DNA from: Tubiluchus corallicola
Taxonomy: Eukaryota > Animalia > Priapulida
Assembly: GCA_030141605.1 (NCBI GenBank)
Contig: JAQGDQ010000525.1
Location: 130,360 to 153,572 of the forward strand
Direction: 5' to 3'
Length of the DNA stretch: 23,213 bases
This document shows positions 10,469-18,480 of this stretch, piece by piece. The position numbers were made by a program, and so were the translations under genes. Each line of letters begins with the position of its first letter. Within the stretch, counting starts at the first letter, position 1. The notes below the pieces were generated by a model. That model was not told the origin of the DNA. It searched no databases and saw only the letters and a list, made by a program, of their open reading frames with translations.

Positions 10469-11176
10469 TTGTTTTTCACGTGTCTTGTCCATTGTTATTC
10501 ACGTGTCTTGTCCATTGTTTTTCACGTGTCTTGTCCGTTGATTTTCACATGTCTTGTCCGTTGATTTTCACGTGTCTTGTCCGCTGTTTTTCACGTGTCT
10601 TGTCCGTTGTTTTTCACGTGTCTTATCCGTTGTTTTTCACGTGTCTTGTCCGTTGTTTTTCACGTGTCTTGTCCGTTGTTTTTCACGTGTCTTATCCGTT
10701 GTTTTTCACGTGTCTTGTCCGTTGTTTTTCACGTGTCTTATCCGTTGTTTTTCACGTGTCTTGTCCGCTGTTTTTCACGTGTCTTGTCCGTTGTTTTTCA
10801 CATGTCTTGTCCGTTGTTTTTCACGTGTCTTGTCCATTGTTTTTCACGTGTCTTGTCGGTTGTTTTTCACGTGTCTTGTCGGTTGTTTTTCACGTGTCTT
10901 GTCCGTTGTTTTTTACGTGTCTTGTCCGTTGTTTTTCACGTGTCTTGTCCATTGTTTTTCACGTGTCTTGTCCGTTGTTTTTTACGTGTCTTGTCCGTTG
11001 TTTTTCACGTGTCTTGTCCATTGTTTTTCACGTGTCTTGTCCGTTCTTTTTTACGTGTCTTGTCCGTTGTTTTTCACGTGTCTTGTCCGTTGTTTTTCAC
11101 GTGTCTTGTCCGTTGTTTTTCACATGTCTTGTCCGTTGTTTTTCACGTGTCTTGTCCGTTGGTTTTCACGTGTCTT
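10469..11176. repeat. Minisatellite, 23-bp unit TTGTTTTTCACGTGTCTTGTCCG, about 31 copies
   Basis: 708 bp / 23 = about 31 head-to-tail units with no spacers. Translated ORFs repeat every 23 aa (3 units). Confidence 0.96.
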
Positions 11177-11808
11177 TTTTCGTTTCCCGCAGTTTTTAGC
11201 TGTCGATTCATTATTTCAAAGCTGTACCAATTATTGCGTAACTGGCTATTTTTAACAACGCAAATATTTTCAAAAATCGATATTTGTTTTCTTCGACATG
11301 GCTATACAGCAATACTGAAGATGGCTCGTTATTATGCTAAACAACAAGAAAATGGCGGCTATTGTCTCAACTTGTGCTTTAAATCTTTGATACGTTTACT
11401 CTTTGCTGACAATTCTGCTGAAGAAACGTGGTCACGTGACACGCGTGTTGTGTGAAAATTGCATTTTATTCATTTCGTGTTTGTAATTGCCCTAGAGTCT
11501 CATACGCCTGCATCGCTGGCCAAGCAGAGATGAAGTTATTATTGCCGACGATTTCAGAACAAATGGAAAACTGATTTCAGTCAGTCTGTCAATACACCGA
11601 AGATTAATATTTTGTTTATATAAGTTGGTCCTCGGAAAGGTTTTTGTTGCACAGTGGAGACAACGTACTTGAAATGGGTTGCAACTTTTGTTGGACTCGA
11701 TGAGCATGCTGCTTTGTGCTGCTACACAAAAGTACTTAAACTACAAAAATGTTTGTAAACGACCTGGCTTTTGATTTAGCATGCAAGTATTCTAGAAACT
11801 GCATGTAT

Positions 11809-12074
<266 letters not shown>

Positions 12075-12226
12075 GAGCTACTGAGCCACAGAAGCCATTA
12101 GGGTGGATAAGACCTGATATGTACAGGCGTCGTCGGGGATGAGACCATTCATTCACAGAGAAGTGTCAATTTGAAAGCCCCTTGTTTGTCTTTTTAGTCA
12201 CTTTTTGGTTTTTGTTTTGTTATCGG

Positions 12227-12360
12227 TCCTCCTCCCCTCCTCCCCCTCCTCTTCCTCCTCCTTTCCCTCCTCTTCCTCCTCCTCCTCGTCCTCCCCTCCT
12301 CCCCCTCCTCTTCCTCCTCCTTTCCCTCCTCTTCCTCCTCCTCCTTCTCCGCCTCCTCCT
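12227..12360. repeat. (CCT)n-like polypyrimidine tract
   Basis: About 134 bp almost entirely C/T on the + strand. Confidence 0.92.
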
Positions 12361-12916
12361 GTTTGTAAATATGTATATATGTAAATCTTGTTAGAGATGT
12401 TGTACGGAAAAAGTTGTTATAAATTAATTCAAATTATATTTTACAGAAAAACATGTACTGAATTAATCGTTATATAAATTATAGTGTAAAATATGTATAT
12501 GTTTAAACTTTTTCTTAATAGGTGTTGTGAAAGTTAATATTGTGGTTTTGATGTATATATGTAAAAGTTATGTAAAAGTTAGAAAACTGAAACACTACTG
12601 GCAGAGTATGTTGGTACAAAATTGGCATTATGTATAATATTGTTATCGTAGATAACTATTTTGTAAACGAACCCCTGTAAACGAATATTTTGTAAACGAA
12701 ACAAATAGAGGGGAAACAATGTACTTATTGTTTAATAAAAAGACTTATAAAAAACACCTCCAGTTTTTTCATATTTCCTTTGTCAGCTTTCTTGTCTTCA
12801 CCACCACTGCCGTCATTTTTCTTTTTGTCTCTTGGTTCTTCACTTGCTACTTATTTCCATCTTTGTGTCATTTTTGCTTTTTCGTTTCATTGATAAACAT
12901 TTTGCTTCCATTTCAG

Positions 12917-13037
12917 GGAGATCTGGAGTTGGAAAATTTCGTTCATGAAGACAGTTCAAAATGCGGTCTGCGCTCCTGTGCATTTAACGAGGATTGTTGC
13001 GGGGATGACCTCTGTGTAGATGTGCCAGGAAGAGAAG
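12917..13037 (+). CDS. Internal exon (121 bp, phase 0 to phase 1) of a host gene encoding a Cys-rich protein, prohormone-3/ITG-like precursor family
   Basis: Pyrimidine-rich tract and TTTCAG acceptor; perfect AAG|GTGAGT donor. Translates GDLELENFVHEDSSKCGLRSCAFNEDCCGDDLCVDVPGRE(G), fitting the remembered prohormone-3 pattern C-x2-R-x-C-x2-NE-x-CC-x4-C-x2-V-x-G-x2-G. Confidence 0.78.
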
Positions 13038-13309
13038 GTGAGTAATAGTGGGAGGCGCTTGAGAAGATGAGTACTAATGGGAGAGGGGGGCATGTTTTGT
13101 AGGGTGACTGTGACAATATAGGAAAATATAGGCGCTTCTACAATAAACAGTACAGATAAAATTTGCTGAAGTGCTGAAATATGCTAATCAATTTCAATCA
13201 TTTTCAAATAATTAATGTGGTTGTGTTAATTAATTTAGTAAGTGATTGTACTGCAAGAATTACTGCAAATGTACACGGTTAAATTGCAGTCAGAAGCAGG
13301 AGCAACGCG

Positions 13310-13528
13310 CAGGGCCTATTTCAGGGGGGTATACTTCCCCGGGGCCTCACCCTCCAGGGGGGCCTCACGCCGAGGTAATTTTTTTTGCTTCATGCAAACA
13401 TACTGCGTCCTCTCCCCCTCTCTCTCTCTGTTGCGTTGCCGCACGCACCCCCTCCCCCCTCCCCCCCCCCCCCCCCGAGGGGCCTCACACGCCCCACTTC
13501 CCCGAGCGTCGCTTAGGCTGAGGCCCTG
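13310..13528. mobile_element. GC-rich hAT-type MITE, 219 bp
   Basis: TIR CAGGGCCT / AGGCCCTG. 8-bp TSD GCAACGCG (13302-13309) / GCAACGTG (13529-13536), 7/8 with one CpG-type change. Internal GGGGCCTCAC repeats. Confidence 0.88.
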
Positions 13529-13811
13529 GCAACGTGGCATATTGTGAAAAACACACTCAAATTCATCAGGTTGGCTCAAATTTGGTTCAAAACGAACTTG
13601 CACTTCCGCTTTGAGACATCATAATATTGCAAAAATTCCAATTTCTTTTGACTTAATTTTCAACTTTGATAATGACATTTGTGTCATGCAAATAAAAAGC
13701 ATGCATGTTGATTCCTAAAGTCCGGCTCTTTCTTGTATAAGAAATACTTACGTTATTCCAAGTTTTCTACCGTATAACTTGCTTTTTGCGCATTCCAAAG
13801 TGTCTATATCA

Positions 13812-13833
13812 GCTTTTTCTGGAACACCCTGTA
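13812..13833 (-). mobile_element. Single Tc1/mariner-like TIR remnant
   Basis: Reverse complement reads TA-CAGGGTGTTCCAGAAAAAG, resembling mariner termini. No partner TIR found. Confidence 0.4.
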
Positions 13834-14357
13834 GAAACAGTCAAATGTGGCATACGAACTGACAAACGAATCGAAAAGCATCAATAGTCTGGTCCATTGT
13901 GGGACAGACAAATGCGACCTAAGTCATCTTACAAAATAGTTGGTAATTGTACACTCCCAGTTGGAAACACACAAATATTCGATTGATACAGACAATGTTG
14001 TCTCTGCTTTTAAATATCTCACTTGACATGCGATATCTCTAATAATTCATGCTGCATCTAGAATGAACAACATCACATTTAGCCGATTCATAGTCATACC
14101 CTTGATTCCTTGTCGAGGCTTATAGAAAATGCCCTCCTTTTACGTTCCGAGTAGCACTTCTACCATTGGTCATTGATGGTTAAATTTAACAAAAAAATTT
14201 GACCTTTGCGAGGAGGGAAATGGGCGCCCCCCTCTGATATCAAGGTAAGCACTTGTTTCAAACAGACAACGCAGGCAGGCAAAAACTAATGCTTCAGACA
14301 CACGGATTAATCAGAACTCTTAAATGCTTTTATTAAAACTTTATAAATTGAAAATCA

Positions 14358-14411
14358 TTGGAAATCAGTTGGGATTTTCCCGCACAGGTTCGAATCCTGT
14401 CGACTGCGCCA
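14358..14411 (+). pseudogene. 3' half of tRNA-Ser with encoded CCA (retro-copy / extended PBS)
   Basis: GAAATCAGTTGGGATTTTCCCGCACAGGTTCGAATCCTGTCGACTGCG-CCA contains the anticodon 3' strand, long variable arm (GGGA TTT TCCC), T arm (ACAGG TTCGAAT CCTGT), acceptor strand, discriminator G and CCA. No D arm upstream. Confidence 0.88.
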
Positions 14412-14416
14412 AAATT

Positions 14417-14951
14417 TGTAGTGTTTTGTTTCTCTCGGAAGGCTCGTTGACAAAACCAGAAAACACGTCGTCAAACTAAACTAGTTTATTATGCGAGAAT
14501 TCTACAACACAAAAGTATGAAGGAACGCGAAATGTTTACAGTAAATGTGATAATCTGGAAACGTGAAAGCAAGAAAGCGTATCTGAGAATCTGAGAATAC
14601 AAGAGAATAAACTACAGCGGCCAGCTCCACCTTATATATCAGTGCAAAGGAACAATCTAGAAATAGAAAGTTCTAGAAACTTCTACAAGGTAAGAAGATT
14701 GTTCTACTATAGTACAGAATATTCCAGATCTCCACAACAGATACAAAATAACACAATTCTCTTTGTAAAAAATTTAACACAAAACAGTCTGCTAAAAAGT
14801 AGTTCCCAACTCCTCCGCCTTCCTGCCAAATAGTTCCACATTAACAAAAAAGGAAGAAATTTGTTGTTTCCTACGTTCCTCGCGACAAGGCCTCTCTGTT
14901 GAAGTTCCACAAGCCAATATATTAGCGTAGTAAGATCATCATCTCGCTACT
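14417..14951 (-). repeat. Putative lone LTR (about 535 bp) of a third, tRNA-Ser-primed Gypsy family
   Basis: On the - strand: starts AGTAGCG, TATATAAG at 14638-14631, AATAAA at 14490-14485, ends CACTACA, then 5 nt and TGGCGCAGTCGACAGGAT (Ser PBS). No second copy is present, so the outer boundary is uncertain. Confidence 0.6.
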
Positions 14952-15632
14952 GACCCGCATTTTGCTGTACAAAATAATTTAATGTGGACGTGCAGAAACC
15001 GAAATTCACACAGGGGAATCACGTATAACACAGGTCAGCTATGAATTATACATGAATGGCACAGATGATCCAAATTTGGTTAGGGGAATCCAAATCCCGT
15101 AAAGATGGTAAAGATAATGAATCTGGTCAAGGATTTTGACGCCAGGGCGTAGAGCTCTAAAACTTTGCTTCCTCTTACAACAAACTAAAGCTTTAGTAGG
15201 CCATCCCAAAATGCGAAATTCAAAAATAGACCATACTTTAACAAATTTTTAACTGAGGGGGTGGAACCTTTAGTGGAAAAATAAACGCAAACACCACCCA
15301 CGCAGAGAAACATCTTTCGATTCTTTCGATGATCTAATGCTTCAGTATCTTAGCTAATATACAAGCCTATATTACTGTATTTTGCTTAAATGGTAAGCAA
15401 GCACTCTTCATTAATAAAGCTTAAAAATTCGTCTTGAAATCACCACTTGCATGCTGACTTATTGCATAAAGAGATTGCATTAGCAGTAACGTTGTATAAA
15501 ACATGTCAATTTAAACTGCTGCAATGACCTTTAGACGCAGCCATTTTAACGGTAAATCGTTTGAAACAAGTTTCGACAATCAGAGCATTCGTAGCGCACT
15601 GTTCCCTAACTAAGCATAAGTTTTTGGTGTTC

Positions 15633-16130
15633 CAGTGGTGCACACTGGGTATGGCCATGCAGTGACACCTTACAGCGAATATTTTAAATTATTAAGAATT
15701 TTCTTTTCCTCTTACGTAATTTTTTCAAGCAGGTAATCGAAATGCTAAGTAATGTAGATTTGCATGAAAAGTTTTTTAGGACGTAATTAAACATTTCCTT
15801 TTCTTCCCCTGATTTACGTTTGCGTGGTGACGTCATGTAATGGCGACTTCGGAACAGTATTGCGGGAGATTTAAAACAAAAACAAACATAAATGCCTTTC
15901 AACGCGAGTGCGATATGTGCATGAAAATGCTGCAAAGTAATATAATTTTTAAGACGATTTTTCTGCAGCCTACTTCAGGTACCCTTTTCTTGTCCTTTAA
16001 TCTTTACTGGATTTGGTTGCCTTTGTGTGCAATAGCAGTAAGCCTGTTGCGCAAAAATTACCCAACAGATTTCCACGAAACTTTGTGGAGAAGGCGGGTA
16101 TTGGCTGCCAAAATTGACGTTTTTTTTTCG
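15633..16130 (+). repeat. Interspersed repeat, copy B (homologous to 7008-7503), CAGTGG hAT-like start
   Basis: Direct alignment with copy A. Confidence 0.85.
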
Positions 16131-16354
16131 CTCGTGGTGTATAAGCTAAGTAGAATGGCTTTGTATGAGAAGTTTTTTTGAGATACACTTTAAAATTTTC
16201 TTTCTTCGTATGTGGCAGGTTACCTATGGTTATGGTTATTGGCTAACACGCCGAAACGTTTGATTAAAGAAAGATGTTTCCAATCCTAGGATCTTATAAT
16301 AAATTATGTTTAAATTACAGATGTCTCTTTACGTGTGGTGGATTCACCTTACAC

Positions 16355-16828
16355 CAGGGGTGTGCAAATTATCTGACTAGCCGGGCGAGATTAAACTTTC
16401 CCGCAATTCCTGCGGGCCACAGACACTTTGATCAAGAAGCCAAGTACAGAAAGGCCTAATAACGATTTTTTTTGCAAACGACCTGCGTACATCATTACTA
16501 CTACACTCAAGAAACTAGTTATTAAAATTTATATTACATACCATATATTTCTACTTTCAGGACAGATAGTTGTAATTTCATTACAATGCATATTAGTAAT
16601 GTGTATCACACAGTCTGTGTAGTACAGTGACATTAAGCTACAACCGTCTTGTAAGGGTTAATGGCATCTGATCTAGTAGAAAAAACTAACCGCACTATCT
16701 TTGGGATCGTGGCACGGACTTCAGCTGGATACACTCAATTAATCGCCGGGCCGCACTTTCATTAGGTTGACAAATCTCTTCGTGAGCCGAACAAATTTTC
16801 TCGGCGGGCCGCAATTTGCACACCCCTG
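16355..16828. mobile_element. hAT (Charlie-like) MITE, 474 bp
   Basis: Perfect 16-bp TIR CAGGGGTGTGCAAATT / AATTTGCACACCCCTG. Perfect 8-bp TSD CCTTACAC (16347-16354, 16829-16836). Subterminal GCGGGCC motifs. Confidence 0.95.
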
Positions 16829-16989
16829 CCTTACACGTTCTGTGTGAAAGAAGCGTGTCCATTCTGATTGCTCTATGTTGTGCGTGGATAATGTGTTTGT
16901 TTGTCTGTTAAATTTTATTAATTGTTTATTAAACTGTTGCACAAGGAGAACCGATTAAACTCGAACATGAAGTAAAACGTCTTGGTCAC

Positions 16990-18203
16990 TGTGACGCCGT
17001 GTAATAACTAAATCAGGACGTTAAGAAATCAGAGTACTGTATTCAGGGTTCTCGAGCGTTTCCGTCACTTTTATATGCTAAATCTACAGGATAATCATTC
17101 ATTTGTGTAGGCTACGTGAATCCGTGTCACTGATGAAACACTTGTGTGCACGTGCAAATTATTTAATCAGAACGAAAACGGAACTAAAAGCTAATATTTA
17201 GATTTAGAATTTAATCAGTAAAACAACAATAGCAAATTAAATTGATAACAATTTCGAACAATACCTAATTCCCCCAAAGTAACGTTGGCCGGCTACGCTT
17301 CTGTCTCTCATCAGGCTTCCGGATCTATCAACCACGCTCTTGAGTCTCCAACCATACGGCATCGGCTTTTCATCTCCAGCAGTCAGCCACGTCCTCGCCA
17401 GCAACTCTTTGCCAATGGTCACCAATCCAGCCTCTGCATGGACCACGCTTTAAAACTGCTCCAGCAATCCAGCGGTTGAACTCGTACCTGGTTGCCTCGG
17501 GATTGAACTCTCGCCTGGTTGACTCGGACTTCCAGTAATAAAGCCAGATATCGTCCTTTTGCAGGGTGACAAACAGAACCTTCAGTTCAGACAAACAGAC
17601 AGACCATTGGTCCAAGTAGAACTGGTCCACGACTGGTTTTCCACTACTATTCAACGAGAATTTTAGTCCTATTCTGCAGGTAGAAATATGGTTACCAAAC
17701 ACTTGCTTCTTGGAATGTCAAGACAGTGTCATCACAGCAAACAACGAATAAACAAAAGTAGACAAAACCATTGCCTTTATGACAAATCATCTCACTGCAT
17801 ACGAGTACCATTAAAGACAGGTTCACACCAAACTTGGTGTTCAGCCATATAAAATAACCTCAGGATGTGGACTAACCAGCAAAACTCCACCACCCTGTAA
17901 CTTTGACAGTCAGAACATAACTAGTGTAAAACACGAACTCTGTAGTAAGATCCCAAAACAGGTTGAAGCCATTTGGTATTCGAATTTTCAGGTAACCTAA
18001 TTACAGGTAAGCAGAGAAATAAGCGGCCAGAGCCATCTAGTGTCAAAATCTTACAAAAACACACAATGTAATATAAGTTTAAATAAACAGTGCAATAAAT
18101 CAATCAGGTACTTAGATCATTATTTATGCGCACGCAACAACATACGAAAGATATATCAAAATAGGTGTTGCGACAATGATGGGTGGTATAACCGATCATC
18201 ACA
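16990..18203 (-). repeat. 3' LTR of element 2 (about 1214 bp)
   Basis: TGTGACG...CATCACA terminal inverted repeat (6/7); aligns with 22034-23213. An alternative boundary at 18208 cannot be excluded. Confidence 0.9.
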
Positions 18204-18208
18204 TAGCA

Positions 18209-18221
18209 TCTCTCTCCTTTT
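18209..18221 (-). other. Polypurine tract of element 2
   Basis: - strand AAAAGGAGAGAGA just upstream of the 3' LTR. Confidence 0.8.
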
Positions 18222-18480
18222 AAAACTCTGAAGGAGTTTTCACAACATAGCGACACCTATATTGAAACGATTGAAGAAAATAAAAGCTAAACAATGATTT
18301 GCTAACTAAATGGGCTATCTTAATTACTCTGAGAAGCAACTTCAATCAATACTGATACAAAATAAATCTACGAATAACACAATAAACGACTTTACTTCTG
18401 CCATTTCACTTTTAAAGGCTTTATGTTGTTTAATTAAAAAAACAATTTCTTCGTATAAAACTATCAAAATTAGGCAAAAT

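Noticed and set aside
10469-11176. CRISPR-like regular repeat, and 233-292 aa ORFs in three frames
   Set aside because: Units are head-to-tail with no unique spacers, there are no cas genes and the context is eukaryotic. The ORFs arise from a stop-free 23-bp unit.
12719-12916. Hydrophobic N-terminal part of the 108-aa ORF as a signal or transmembrane segment
   Set aside because: It is the T-rich intron end upstream of a strong acceptor; only 12917-13037 looks coding.
14358-14411. Functional tRNA-Ser gene
   Set aside because: The 5' acceptor strand and D arm (A box) are missing, and the CCA is encoded, so it is a retro-copy.
17370-17702. 110/106-aa ORF present in both LTRs of element 2, with an in-frame 12-bp indel
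   Set aside because: It starts at GTG, has no recognisable motif, and many differences are non-synonymous. The indel lies between CCAG direct repeats, consistent with slippage. Presence in both copies follows from LTR duplication.
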